This document shows, piece by piece, positions 13,949 to 23,051 of a stretch of DNA of 26,494 bases. The stretch comes from a virus (taxonomy: Duplodnaviria; Heunggongvirae; Uroviricota; Caudoviricetes). Within the stretch, counting starts at the first letter, position 1. Every line of letters begins with the position of its first letter. A program made the translations under genes and the position numbers. The DNA lies in the IMG/VR virus record IMGVR_UViG_3300045988_034764; one strand, 5' to 3'. The notes under the pieces are model-generated. The model was not told the DNA's origin. It did no database searches and saw nothing but the letters and a program-made list of their open reading frames with translations.

Positions 13949-16216
13949 ATGTCCGATGTGATTTTATCCTACTCGTGGTCCCGTCGCAACGCGCGGGCGG
14001 AGAAAAAGGATATAAACGTCAGAACCACACACACGGCAACACTGGACGACCTGAAAGGGTTAATCCAGCCGCTCGATGCTGTTCGCGGCGGGATTAACCC
14101 TAAGACCGCGCCTGGCTATATCACGGCCGCGTGCGACTCGACGCACAGCACCGTAAAAGACCCGGAAACAGGCGACTTTAAGCAAGCGCGTAAAGGCTTC
14201 TTCTACCGCTGCGACGCGTCTGTAAGCAAATCGTCGCTTGCCTATCTGGACTTTGACAGTGCAACGCCAGAGGAGTATCAGGAAGCTGTGCGCCTGGTTA
14301 AGCGCAGCCGCCGGGCAATGTGCATTTACACCACGGCATCACATACCGACGAGTCACCGCGCTTTCGCGTCGTCATGCCTCTGGGCCGCCCGGTCGAAGG
14401 TGGTGACATCATCCGTGTTCGTCATGGATTGCTGGAACACTTCTTCAAGGGCATGGGTGCTGACCGCAGTGGGTTCACCCTGTCGCAGCCGATGTACCTG
14501 CCACCGGTTGGCTCTACGGTTATCTGGTCTCGCCGCAACGACCTGATTGACCCGTACGAGTTGCTTGAAGGTATCCCCGCCGTCGACGTTAGCAGCGCAT
14601 CCGACTACCAGATACCGGAAGAACTGCGCACTGCGTTTACTGATGCGTTCGAGGCACTGGCCTTCGAGTATGGCGGTGTCATGACGCCACGCGGCCTGAA
14701 GATGCCCGCTACACCAGAACACGCCGAAAACTACAGCGACCCTACCCCGCGCCCGGACGACTTCCTGCTGTGCTTCCCGCGAGAGGGGTACGAAGCGCCA
14801 AACGTGACCATGATTCACGACACCGACATTACGGCGACCGAAGGCATGTCGCCGAAAGAGGTGTGGAAATACGCTTGCGATGCGACCGGGATGCCATTCA
14901 GTGAAGTCGCAGAGGCCATCGGTTGGGGTGCGCGAGAATCTGTTTCATGCAGCCTGGACGACCTGGAAGACGATGAGGACTCAGAGGAGGACGAGTTACC
15001 GGAACCGGTAAAGGCGGATTTCGTCGTTGAAGGGTACATGCCGTCAGATTGTATCTGGGATATTGTCGGGGAATCTGGCACGTACAAATCGTTCTATACG
15101 CTGGGGATGATGTACCTGAGCGCCGCCGGATACCGGTTTGCGGGGGCGGATACTCAGCGCTGCCACCATTTCTATATCGACGGTGAGGGCGGCGCAGCCA
15201 CACGTACGCGTATTGATGCACTAGCGGCTAAATATGGTGAGGAAGGTAAAGATTATGTACATGTCATCGACATGGGCGAAGTCGGAAAACTGAAAAGCCT
15301 TATTAAGTTGATGCGTGAAACTGCTGGTGACGAACCCATCGGTATGGTCGCGTTTGATACCCTTAACCAGACGCTGGCGCTGACGATTGATAAGTTCGAC
15401 GAGAACAGTTCATCAACGGCAATCGGCATGGGTAAAGTTATCGCCATCCTGAAAGAAGTACGTGACGCGACTAAAGCTGCAGTGGGCGTCGTCCACCACA
15501 CACCGAAGGGTGGAAAGAAAGCCCGCGGCAGTGGGGCGCTGTATGCGGGCGTCGACGTGGAACTGACAATTGAACGCGCTACCGACCGTCAGATAAACGT
15601 ATACCACTCTAAATTCAAACACGGCCCACAACAAAAAACTGTCGGCATGGTGCTTGAGTCGGTACAGTTCCGTGAAGCGCCACCCCCGAAAGAGTACCGC
15701 GCGGTTGAGTTCCTGGGTAGCACAGAGGAATACGGCACAATCGTTAACCTGGACCTGCCTGAGCCGCACAAGGCGCTTGTTCTGATGCCGTGGGGTTTCG
15801 AGCCGTTCAAAACTGACGAGGAGAAAGAGCGCGAAGAAGGTCTGACAAAGGAAGGTAAAGAAAACGTACGTAAAACCGTAGAGAACGCTGTCAACAGTTC
15901 AGAGGCCACGATACTCGCAGCGTTCGAACTGGCGGAAGGAACCTACAACGGCAACGAAGGCATCACGGTAGCCGCAGCGAATAAGCTGGCACAGTCTGAC
16001 CCCAACGCAAAGGCGTTTAACTCCAAAGAAGCCATAGAACGCGGGAAGATTAAGAAAATGGTTGAGGCCGGGTATCTTGTTCCGGGGACTGACGAAAACA
16101 ATCAGATAATACCAGGCCGTTACAGACTGAATACCCGAATAACTGATAACAAGATTCCTAAGACAATATACGAACCGAATGAAATGCTGACAGTGACAGA
16201 GGAAGATTTGGAATAG
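13949..16216 (+). CDS. DNA primase / helicase (primase-polymerase-like N-terminus fused to RecA-like ATPase)
   Basis: Start moved to ATG with GAAGGA SD (track start is GTG at 13907); N-terminal LDFD AEP-like motif; Walker A GESGTYKS, Walker B VAFDTL. Confidence 0.7.
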   Translation: MSDVILSYSWSRRNARAEKKDINVRTTHTATLDDLKGLIQPLDAVRGGINPKTAPGYITAACDSTHSTVKDPETGDFKQARKGFFYRCDASVSKSSLAYLDFDSATPEEYQEAVRLVKRSRRAMCIYTTASHTDESPRFRVVMPLGRPVEGGDIIRVRHGLLEHFFKGMGADRSGFTLSQPMYLPPVGSTVIWSRRNDLIDPYELLEGIPAVDVSSASDYQIPEELRTAFTDAFEALAFEYGGVMTPRGLKMPATPEHAENYSDPTPRPDDFLLCFPREGYEAPNVTMIHDTDITATEGMSPKEVWKYACDATGMPFSEVAEAIGWGARESVSCSLDDLEDDEDSEEDELPEPVKADFVVEGYMPSDCIWDIVGESGTYKSFYTLGMMYLSAAGYRFAGADTQRCHHFYIDGEGGAATRTRIDALAAKYGEEGKDYVHVIDMGEVGKLKSLIKLMRETAGDEPIGMVAFDTLNQTLALTIDKFDENSSSTAIGMGKVIAILKEVRDATKAAVGVVHHTPKGGKKARGSGALYAGVDVELTIERATDRQINVYHSKFKHGPQQKTVGMVLESVQFREAPPPKEYRAVEFLGSTEEYGTIVNLDLPEPHKALVLMPWGFEPFKTDEEKEREEGLTKEGKENVRKTVENAVNSSEATILAAFELAEGTYNGNEGITVAAANKLAQSDPNAKAFNSKEAIERGKIKKMVEAGYLVPGTDENNQIIPGRYRLNTRITDNKIPKTIYEPNEMLTVTEEDLE

Positions 16217-16250
16217 GTAAAAAAAAAAAGGGGGGGGGGCGTTAAGCCCC
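16217..16250 (-). terminator. Homopolymer-containing terminator between convergent genes
   Basis: A11 (16219-16229) then G10 (16230-16239); on the minus strand GGGGC-loop-GCCCC followed by C-run and T11, directly after the XRE gene stop. Confidence 0.4.
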
Positions 16251-16457
16251 TTCACCGAACGCCAGCCACTTGGCGTCTACTTCCAGCACTTCCGCCAGTT
16301 TAAACAGCGTCGCCGGGCGGACGTCCTGAGTTACGCCGAGCGCAAGCTGGTTAATCGCACCCTGGGAAACGCCGGCCAGAACAGCCAGACGGCGCTGTGA
16401 GATGCCGAGTTCTTTACGGCGTTGTTCTACACGGATGCCTAGTTCAGATGGTTGCAT
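16242..16457 (-). CDS. XRE-family (Cro/CI-type) helix-turn-helix transcriptional regulator
   Basis: 71 aa; ELGISQRRLAVLAGVSQGAINQLALG is a classic XRE HTH; AAGGAG SD; antisense to surrounding genes. Confidence 0.75.
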   Translation of the reverse strand: MQPSELGIRVEQRRKELGISQRRLAVLAGVSQGAINQLALGVTQDVRPATLFKLAEVLEVDAKWLAFGEGA

Positions 16458-16484
16458 GTCAATTACTCCTTAGTTAGTTGATAT

Positions 16485-16552
16485 GTGAATAGTACCATAT
16501 TAATTATTTTAGAAAAGCCCATTGACATCGTGAATAGTTAGCTATTATAGTT
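16485..16552. promoter_or_regulatory. Divergent promoter/operator switch region (copies D and E of the motif)
   Basis: Plus strand: TTGACA (16522-16527) + 17-18 bp + TTATAG/TATAGT with TGAATAGTTAGCTATTATA in the spacer; minus strand: TACTAT -10 (16489-16494) facing the XRE gene. Confidence 0.5.
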
Positions 16553-16582
16553 AGCCCATACCAAACGAGAGGAGAGAAACAA

Positions 16583-17083
16583 ATGTTAGAGAAATTCTTA
16601 GCATTACTGGAACGTTTCGTAGTTGCTCATGAACTGATTGCTGCGAACAGCGCGAAACAAGTTGTTCAGGTTTCCGCGCCGCTGGAAGTAGAGACGGTAG
16701 CGTATGCCAAAGAAGCGGTAGCCGAGTGCGCTGAAGAAGAAACAAAAGAAATCCCGGTTGAAGGTGAAGACATCGTCGACACTAAACCGGCAGAAGAAGA
16801 GAAGCCGAAACGCAAGCCGCGGAAAGCTAAAGTAGAGGAACCAACACCGGAGCCGGAAGAAGAGAAGGAAGAAGTTGATTACCAGTCTCTGCGTGACCAG
16901 ATTCAGGCTATCGACGATGCGATTAACGAAGGTCCGAGCGATGCCGCGTGCGATGACTCCGATGAACTGCTGGAAGAGTTCACCGGTAAGAAAATGAAGA
17001 TTGCCGCGATTAAAGACGAAGACCTGGCTGAATACCTGAAACGCCTGACGGCAATCAAGAACAAGTATTTCGAAGAAGAATAA
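16583..17083 (+). CDS. Highly acidic protein (hypothetical; possible DNA mimic)
   Basis: 166 aa very rich in E/D with one basic patch KPKRKPRKAK; first gene after a strong promoter; GAGAGGAGAG SD. Confidence 0.55.
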   Translation: MLEKFLALLERFVVAHELIAANSAKQVVQVSAPLEVETVAYAKEAVAECAEEETKEIPVEGEDIVDTKPAEEEKPKRKPRKAKVEEPTPEPEEEKEEVDYQSLRDQIQAIDDAINEGPSDAACDDSDELLEEFTGKKMKIAAIKDEDLAEYLKRLTAIKNKYFEEE

Positions 17084-17088
17084 CTATC

Positions 17089-17113
17089 TTGCGGCCTTCG
17101 GGCCGCTTTAACT
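17089..17113 (+). terminator. Hairpin (GCGGCC-TTCG-GGCCGC) with weak T tract
   Basis: 6-bp GC stem with UUCG-type loop followed by TTTAAC, 6 nt after the acidic protein stop. Confidence 0.35.
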
Positions 17114-17126
17114 GAGGGTCGGAATT

Positions 17127-17462
17127 ATGAAATACGAAAATTTAACAGACATAGAAATTAATGCACGCGTCAGCCGCGCGTTATACGGCGATGTCTCACG
17201 AGGACATCAGATGGCATTAGCTTCTGGAGTAGTAGATTATTGTAATCGGATAGAGGACGCGTGGCCTGTTATCACCGGTAACAATATCTCGATTGTAGCT
17301 ACAGATTTAGAATGGATTGCTTTACCGGATAATGCGGTTATTGACGGTATTACCGGAGACGCAACCAGTATGATTTACGTAGACGACTCATGTGTTATCG
17401 GTACAAATCCTCTACGCGCAGCAATGATTGTCTTTCTTAAAATGCAGGAGGCCAAGAAATGA
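17127..17462 (+). CDS. Hypothetical protein (111 aa)
   Basis: Track ORF; ATGA overlap with the next gene. Confidence 0.55.
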   Translation: MKYENLTDIEINARVSRALYGDVSRGHQMALASGVVDYCNRIEDAWPVITGNNISIVATDLEWIALPDNAVIDGITGDATSMIYVDDSCVIGTNPLRAAMIVFLKMQEAKK

Positions 17463-17731
17463 TTTACCAACTCTACCGAGCCGTAGACAGGCGGGATAAC
17501 ACCGAGGCGCTATGGCTGTTGCGTGCACCATCCGGCGCGCACCAGATGGGAGAGATGGCGTACTTAGGCAAAGTGCCGCACCCTAAAGATATAGGCCGTC
17601 ACGTGTCACAGATTAAGCGCACGACTTTCGCCAAACCTGACTTTTATGTCTTCGAGTCGATGTATGGGTGGGCTATGCACTGCGAACATAAGACTCGGCA
17701 TTTAATTGACCAGTGGGAGAACAGGGTATGA
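17459..17731 (+). CDS. Hypothetical protein (90 aa)
   Basis: Track ORF; ATGA overlaps on both sides. Confidence 0.55.
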   Translation: MIYQLYRAVDRRDNTEALWLLRAPSGAHQMGEMAYLGKVPHPKDIGRHVSQIKRTTFAKPDFYVFESMYGWAMHCEHKTRHLIDQWENRV

Positions 17732-18969
17732 TTTTAAAGGAACGCGGCGGCAATAATGATGTGCACGCCTTACTGTCACCGTCGGGTGCTAAAAAGTGGC
17801 TGACGTGCAGTGCATCGCTAGCCTGTGAAAAAGATATTCCTAACACGTCCGGTAAAGCAGCCGTATTAGGCACCGCCATGCACACCATAGCCGAGATGCA
17901 CCTTAACCAGTACATCAAAGGCACGGCGCTGCCGTTAGAGCGTGAAGTCGGCGCTTACGTGCTGGATGAGGGTAAAGGTCAGATTAAGGCGTTAATCAGC
18001 CCGATGAAGGGCGCTGTACTGATTACGGCTGACATGATTGAGCAGGTGCGCAAGTACACCGACTATTGCAAACCGATTATCGACGTAGCGACTTACGCCA
18101 AACTTGAGATGCGCGTCAATCTTACTGAGGTATTGCATCCTGGCTATGAAGGCGTTGAGACGTTCGGAACCGCTGACCTCGTTGCCGTGCAGGAACTGGC
18201 GAACACAGACGAGCACATGCTCATTATCGGCGACCTGAAAACAGGACGGCATCGTGTTGAAGCGAAAGAAAACAAACAGCTTATGCTTTACGCTCTCGGT
18301 GTCTATCGCCGACTCAAGAGACGCTATAACATCACCGTGGTTCGTCTGGTCATCTTCCAGCCGTATGCTGGCGGTGCGTCGGAGTGGGACATCTCGGTTG
18401 AAGGTCTGGAACTGTTCGCTAAGTTCGCACAGAAACGTGCACTTTTAGCGCTAGACGCGTATTTCCGCGGCAAGAAGAACCTGAAAGCGTCGGACTTCAG
18501 GCCGTCGGTCGATGGTTGCCAGTGGTGCCGGTTCTCTGAACAATGCGCCGCGCGTACAAAGACGGTTAATTCTGTACTGGCGGAAGAACTGGAGGACGAC
18601 TTTGCGCTGGAACTGACACCGGAGCAACTTGTAGCCGAATATGAGAAGTTGCCGTTGTTGCGCCAGCACATCGATAAGGTTGAGAAAGCGATGGCAGCTG
18701 CGTTACATTCCGGTAAGAAAGTGCCAGGGTACAAGTTGGTTGAAGGTCGTCCTGGTAACCGTGCGTGGAAAGATACCGATGCGGTATTCGAGAAGTACGG
18801 TACTATGCTGCAAAAGGTAGTTCTCATGACGCCGACCGAAGCGGTTAAAGTTGTGCCGGAAGAAGAACTGAAAGACTTCATTACCCGTAAGCCCGGAGCA
18901 CCGTGCGTCGCAACGGCAGACGACAAACGTCCTGAGTGGAATCAGGCAACCGAGGAGGATTTAGAATGA
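17728..18969 (+). CDS. Cas4-like / DUF2800-type PD-(D/E)XK exonuclease
   Basis: Start moved to ATG overlapping the upstream stop; motifs DLVAV...IGDLKTG and C-terminal CQWCRFSEQC cysteine cluster. Confidence 0.7.
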   Translation: MILKERGGNNDVHALLSPSGAKKWLTCSASLACEKDIPNTSGKAAVLGTAMHTIAEMHLNQYIKGTALPLEREVGAYVLDEGKGQIKALISPMKGAVLITADMIEQVRKYTDYCKPIIDVATYAKLEMRVNLTEVLHPGYEGVETFGTADLVAVQELANTDEHMLIIGDLKTGRHRVEAKENKQLMLYALGVYRRLKRRYNITVVRLVIFQPYAGGASEWDISVEGLELFAKFAQKRALLALDAYFRGKKNLKASDFRPSVDGCQWCRFSEQCAARTKTVNSVLAEELEDDFALELTPEQLVAEYEKLPLLRQHIDKVEKAMAAALHSGKKVPGYKLVEGRPGNRAWKDTDAVFEKYGTMLQKVVLMTPTEAVKVVPEEELKDFITRKPGAPCVATADDKRPEWNQATEEDLE

Positions 18970-19124
18970 TTCGTAAAATCGTGTATTGGGCTTTATTATC
19001 ACCATTGGTAGTTATATCTGCTTTTACTTCATCTATTGCTTGGATAGATTGTAAGTTTAGAGGTAGTCAACCCATAGAACGCTATGTTCATTGGTGTGAG
19101 AAAGTTTCTAAAATTAAGCGTTGA
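18966..19124 (+). CDS. Small membrane protein (52 aa)
   Basis: ATGA overlap with upstream stop; one hydrophobic helix. Confidence 0.4.
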   Translation: MIRKIVYWALLSPLVVISAFTSSIAWIDCKFRGSQPIERYVHWCEKVSKIKR

Positions 19125-19150
19125 CACCTGAATAGTTAGCTATTATATTT
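19121..19150 (+). promoter_or_regulatory. sigma70-like promoter with operator motif (copy F) upstream of the SSB-like gene
   Basis: TTGACA (19121-19126), 17-bp spacer, TATATT (19144-19149); spacer holds TGAATAGTTAGCTATTATA, identical to 16531-16549. Confidence 0.5.
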
Positions 19151-19202
19151 CTAATCACTGGCCGGGCAGTTCCCGGAGTAAACTTAAAAGCGAGAAATCA
19201 AG

Positions 19203-19829
19203 ATGGGTATTAAACTGAATCTGCGTAAAGTAAACACTGCATGGGTTAACGTATTCGAACGCGAAAAAGACCGTGAAAACGATGATGGTTCAATCACTAA
19301 GGGGCAGTACAGCGCAACTATCATCCTGCCGTCTGACCATGCTCAAATCGATGCACTCTATGACACTGTTTACGCCGTAGTTGAAGAAGCGTTAGGTGCA
19401 GCCGCCGCCGATAAGTGGATGAAGTCCAACTACGGCGAAGGTAAGCACATGGATAAATGTGCGATTAAGGACATTGCCGAGCGTGACAATCCGTTTGAAG
19501 ACTTCCCGGAAGGCTTCTACTTCAAAGCGAAAGCACAGAAACAGCCTCTGATTGTAACCTCTAAAAAAGGCGAGACTCAGGTAGAGCAGGATTTCAATGT
19601 AGACGGCGAACAGATTGAAGGTGAACAGGTTTACAGCGGCTGCGTCGCTAACGTAAGCGTTGAAATCTGGTTCAGCCAGAAATACAAAGTTCTCGGTGTT
19701 AACCTGCTGGCAATTAAATACGTCGGAGAAGGTAAAGCGTTCGGTGGTTCTAAAGTCGCTGCGAGTGTCGATGACCTGGAAGACGACGAAGAAGATGGAG
19801 CACCGCGCCGCGAACGTCGCCGCCGCTAA
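19203..19829 (+). CDS. DUF2815-like single-stranded DNA-binding protein
   Basis: 208 aa with acidic DDLEDDEEDG tail typical of SSBs; sits between the Cas4-like nuclease and the polymerase. Confidence 0.55.
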   Translation: MGIKLNLRKVNTAWVNVFEREKDRENDDGSITKGQYSATIILPSDHAQIDALYDTVYAVVEEALGAAAADKWMKSNYGEGKHMDKCAIKDIAERDNPFEDFPEGFYFKAKAQKQPLIVTSKKGETQVEQDFNVDGEQIEGEQVYSGCVANVSVEIWFSQKYKVLGVNLLAIKYVGEGKAFGGSKVAASVDDLEDDEEDGAPRRERRRR

Positions 19830-19848
19830 TATCTGAATCAATTTAACT

Positions 19849-19872
19849 AAGGCCCTTCATTGGGCCTTTTTA
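19849..19872 (+). terminator. Intrinsic terminator or attenuator before the polymerase gene
   Basis: AAGGCCC-TTCATT-GGGCCTT hairpin followed by TTTTAC. Confidence 0.5.
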
Positions 19873-19890
19873 CTAAGGGTCGAAAATAAT

Positions 19891-22089
19891 ATGCCTAATT
19901 TATTGTATCTGGATACTGAAACATTCTCTGAAGCTGACCTAAAGAAAGTAGGGTCATACGCGTACGCGGAACACGCAACAACTGAGATTATAATATGCAC
20001 ATACGCCATTGATGACGGGCCTGTAGAAGTATGGGACTGCACTTCCGAACCAGTAATGCCGATAAACCTCCGCGTTGCGCTCCGTAATGTTATGCGCGGA
20101 CGTATGAGAATCGTAGGCCATAACTTTTTAATGTTCGACAGACTAGTTATGAAGCACTGTTGGGGGGTGGATATCAAACCAAGAAATACCATCGACACTA
20201 TGATTCGGGCGTTTCGTCACGCGTTGCCGGGGTCACTTGATGCGCTGTGTGAAGTGCTTGGCGTGTCCGCCGACAATGCGAAAGACAAACGAGGTAAAGC
20301 GCTGATTCAGCGTTTTTCTAAACCGACACCGAAGAACTACAAAATTCGCCGCTACACCGCAGAAACGCACCCAGACGAGTGGGCGTTATTCATCAAGTAC
20401 GCCGTGAGCGACATTACTGCGATGCGTGAAGTCTTTCATAAGCTGCCGCGTTGGGGTAACTCGGAGTTTGAGGACCGTGTACTTGAACTTGACCAATTAA
20501 TCAACGACCGTGGGTTTAAGGTTGACGTAGCGCTGGCAGAAGCCGCGATTGAAGCCGTGGAGAAGCACAAGGCACAGTTACAGGAAGAAGCCCAACTAAA
20601 ATACGGCGGCTCGCTTACTGGTAAGGACTTTCTGCCGATTCTGCGTGAACTCGCACCCGCGCACCGCATCCACAATGCGCAGAAGTCGACGCTGAATGAC
20701 CTGCTGGCGGATGATGATTTACCGGACGACGCCCGCACGATTATCGAAATGCGCCTCGGTGCCGCATCCACGGCATCAACGAAATATAACCCGCTGCTGT
20801 TAGGCCGCTCGTCTGACGACCGCCGTCGTGGTTGTTTACAGTACGGCGGGGCAAAACGGACTCTGCGATGGGCGGGTAAAGGCTTCCAGCCGCAGAACCT
20901 CGCGCGCGGGTACTATCACGATGATGAACTGGATAAAGGCATTTCTGCGCTACTTAAGGGCCGTGCTCATCGCCGTTTCGACGTAGCCAAGCTAACGGCA
21001 TCGACGGTTCGTAGCTGCATCATACCGGAAGCTGGGCATAAATTTGTCGTCGCCGATTACTCTAACGTTGAGGGTCGTGGGCTTGCGTGGCTGGCTGGTG
21101 AAGAAACCGCGCTTGATACGTTCCGCGCCGGACTGGATATTTATTGCGTAACCGCGGGTAAGATGTTTGGCATGGATCCCGACGATATTAAGAAAAACTT
21201 CAAGGAAATCAGACAGATAGGTAAGGCCTGCGAACTGGGCCTCGGCTATGAGGGTGGCGTCGGAGCGTTCGTTACGTTCGCTAAAAACTTAGGCCTCGAC
21301 CTTATTGAGATGGCTAAAACAATGGATGGTACATTCCCTGACCACATATGGGCCGCTACCGCACGGGGTTATGAGTGGGCGCGTATCCAGGAAGCAAAGC
21401 GACCGCCGCATCCTGGTGAAAAGGACGACCGACCGTCGTATATTCTGGATAAGAAAGTGTGGCGTACCTGCGACGCTATCAAGCGCATGTGGCGCGAGTC
21501 GCACCCGGAAACAGTAGCGTTCTGGCGCGACCTTAAAGACGGAATTTTAGCCGCTGTAAGAAATCCTGGTCGTGAATTTTGGGCGGGGGCGCATCTGCGC
21601 AAGAATGGCGAGCGCGCTATCCGAATCTGGAGAACAGTAGAAACCGATTCATCCGGTAGGAAGGTTCCTGGTTGGTGGTTGTGTATGGAGTTGCCGTCAG
21701 GCCGCATCCTTTCGTACCCTGGAATCGGCGTTAGCGTGACAAAAGAAACAGACGAAGACGGACGGGTAAACACGAATGTGCGAATCAAGTATCAGGGCGA
21801 AAACCAGTTAACCCGCCAATGGACTACCTTATACACCCACGGCGGTAAAGCATGTGAAAACATTGTCCAGGCGCTGTGCCGTGATTTACTGGCGTATGCG
21901 ATGCTTAACGTTGAGCGTGGCGGATATCCTATCGTGCTTTCGGTACACGATGAACTGGTATGCGAAACTCCAGATACCCCTGAGTACACGGTGGCCGAAC
22001 TGGAGAAATTAATGTGCGCGTTGCCAGAGTGGGCAGAAGGCTTCCCTCTTGTAGCGGAAGGGCAGGAGTTAAAACGCTATGCTAAGTAA
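19891..22089 (+). CDS. DNA polymerase, family A (Pol I-like) with 3'-5' exonuclease domain
   Basis: 732 aa; N-terminal Exo I motif YLDTETFS; polymerase-type motifs in the C-terminal half. Confidence 0.85.
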   Translation: MPNLLYLDTETFSEADLKKVGSYAYAEHATTEIIICTYAIDDGPVEVWDCTSEPVMPINLRVALRNVMRGRMRIVGHNFLMFDRLVMKHCWGVDIKPRNTIDTMIRAFRHALPGSLDALCEVLGVSADNAKDKRGKALIQRFSKPTPKNYKIRRYTAETHPDEWALFIKYAVSDITAMREVFHKLPRWGNSEFEDRVLELDQLINDRGFKVDVALAEAAIEAVEKHKAQLQEEAQLKYGGSLTGKDFLPILRELAPAHRIHNAQKSTLNDLLADDDLPDDARTIIEMRLGAASTASTKYNPLLLGRSSDDRRRGCLQYGGAKRTLRWAGKGFQPQNLARGYYHDDELDKGISALLKGRAHRRFDVAKLTASTVRSCIIPEAGHKFVVADYSNVEGRGLAWLAGEETALDTFRAGLDIYCVTAGKMFGMDPDDIKKNFKEIRQIGKACELGLGYEGGVGAFVTFAKNLGLDLIEMAKTMDGTFPDHIWAATARGYEWARIQEAKRPPHPGEKDDRPSYILDKKVWRTCDAIKRMWRESHPETVAFWRDLKDGILAAVRNPGREFWAGAHLRKNGERAIRIWRTVETDSSGRKVPGWWLCMELPSGRILSYPGIGVSVTKETDEDGRVNTNVRIKYQGENQLTRQWTTLYTHGGKACENIVQALCRDLLAYAMLNVERGGYPIVLSVHDELVCETPDTPEYTVAELEKLMCALPEWAEGFPLVAEGQELKRYAK

Positions 22090-22210
22090 ACTGATTATCG
22101 CGGTACTGGCGGGATTTGCCGCCGGTGTGTACTGTCACGAGGGCCAATACGGCATGATGGTCGCCGTATTGGGTATGTTCATCGCAATTTATCTGTGGGT
22201 GCTGGAATGA
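22079..22210 (+). CDS. Small membrane peptide (43 aa), not in ORF track
   Basis: ATG overlapping the polymerase stop; fully hydrophobic; AGGAG about 10 nt upstream. Confidence 0.3.
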   Translation: MLSKLIIAVLAGFAAGVYCHEGQYGMMVAVLGMFIAIYLWVLE

Positions 22211-22296
22211 AAATTTACTGGTTCTACGAAGAAGACTGCCGAATCTGTCCGCGCTGCGGTATTGAGCATACAAAACGTGAGGGGTGCGTATTATGA
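22207..22296 (+). CDS. Small CxxC...CxxC zinc-ribbon-like peptide (29 aa), not in ORF track
   Basis: ATGA overlap at both ends; CRICPRCG motif. Confidence 0.25.
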   Translation: MKIYWFYEEDCRICPRCGIEHTKREGCVL

Positions 22297-22445
22297 TGAT
22301 GTTTGTATTTGGGGCAGTCGTAACCATGCTCGCACTGTTGCTCGGTGCGGGAATAGCCGCGATGTTCTGTTATGGCCTGTTCTTTCAGTTTGTCGGTGTT
22401 GCCGTTCTAGGAGGGGCTTTCATTACCTGGATTCTGCGGTCATGA
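22293..22445 (+). CDS. Small membrane protein (50 aa), not in ORF track
   Basis: GAGGGG SD; two hydrophobic helices; stop overlaps the VRR-NUC start; the same-region track frame is Arg/Cys-rich junk. Confidence 0.35.
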   Translation: MMMFVFGAVVTMLALLLGAGIAAMFCYGLFFQFVGVAVLGGAFITWILRS

Positions 22446-22738
22446 CTAAAGAGGGTCGCGTGCAGAAATACGCGAAAGAGAGGTTCGAGGCCCTGGGGGG
22501 CCTCGTTCGCAAGCTCTCCTACGAAGGACGTTCCGGTGCTCCCGACCTGCTGGTAATTCTCCCCGACGGCATCATCTGGTTCGTCGAGGTTAAGAAAGAC
22601 GAAAACACGAAGCCCGACCCGCACCAGCTACGCGAGCACGAGCGGATGCGTAAACGCGGCGCGAATGTTTTTGTCGTTGGTTCGTTTAAACAGGTTGACA
22701 CCCTAATAGCGGACTATTATAGTAAACACATACCCTAA
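22442..22738 (+). CDS. VRR-NUC domain nuclease
   Basis: Start moved to internal ATG (98 aa); PD-(D/E)XK-type motif PDLLVI...FVEVK typical of VRR-NUC. Confidence 0.7.
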   Translation: MTKEGRVQKYAKERFEALGGLVRKLSYEGRSGAPDLLVILPDGIIWFVEVKKDENTKPDPHQLREHERMRKRGANVFVVGSFKQVDTLIADYYSKHIP

Positions 22739-22757
22739 CAATATAAGGAATTATGAA

Positions 22758-23012
22758 ATGACTATCGAACTTCAACTGTCAGTAAACACCATGATTCTCT
22801 GTTCAATCGATTCATCTGTTCGCATCGGTAAATACACAGGGGCGTCAGTTAATTACTCATGGTCTATGAAGGTTTCGGAAGTAAACCGTATCCTGGGTTT
22901 CGGGTCAGTTGGCCGCAAAGTGCTTGCGGAAGACGTCGCTAAAGGGCTGTCTGTAGACTTCACAACGGCTGGAGAACTTATTAAGCAAGTTCAAGCCGAA
23001 TTATCTAACTAA
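22758..23012 (+). CDS. Hypothetical protein (84 aa)
   Basis: Track ORF with AAGGA SD. Confidence 0.55.
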   Translation: MTIELQLSVNTMILCSIDSSVRIGKYTGASVNYSWSMKVSEVNRILGFGSVGRKVLAEDVAKGLSVDFTTAGELIKQVQAELSN

Positions 23013-23051
23013 TACAGGCCCTTCGGGGCCTTAACTATAAGGAATTGAGAA

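Noticed and set aside
14238-16255. Multiple antisense and alternative-frame ORFs (82-154 aa)
   Set aside because: All embedded in the 756-aa primase-helicase ORF; Arg/Ser/Pro-rich, as expected for out-of-frame reading of GC-rich coding DNA
18324-18926. Minus-strand 200-aa ORF
   Set aside because: Antisense inside the Cas4-like nuclease gene; Ser-rich low-complexity product; no start signals
20436-21989. Minus and plus alternative-frame ORFs (65-139 aa)
   Set aside because: Embedded in the DNA polymerase gene; no independent support
22262-22441. N-terminal 60 aa of the track ORF fused to VRR-NUC
   Set aside because: Arg/Cys-rich junk translation with a TTG start; another frame here encodes hydrophobic small peptides, and VRR-NUC is complete from the ATG at 22442
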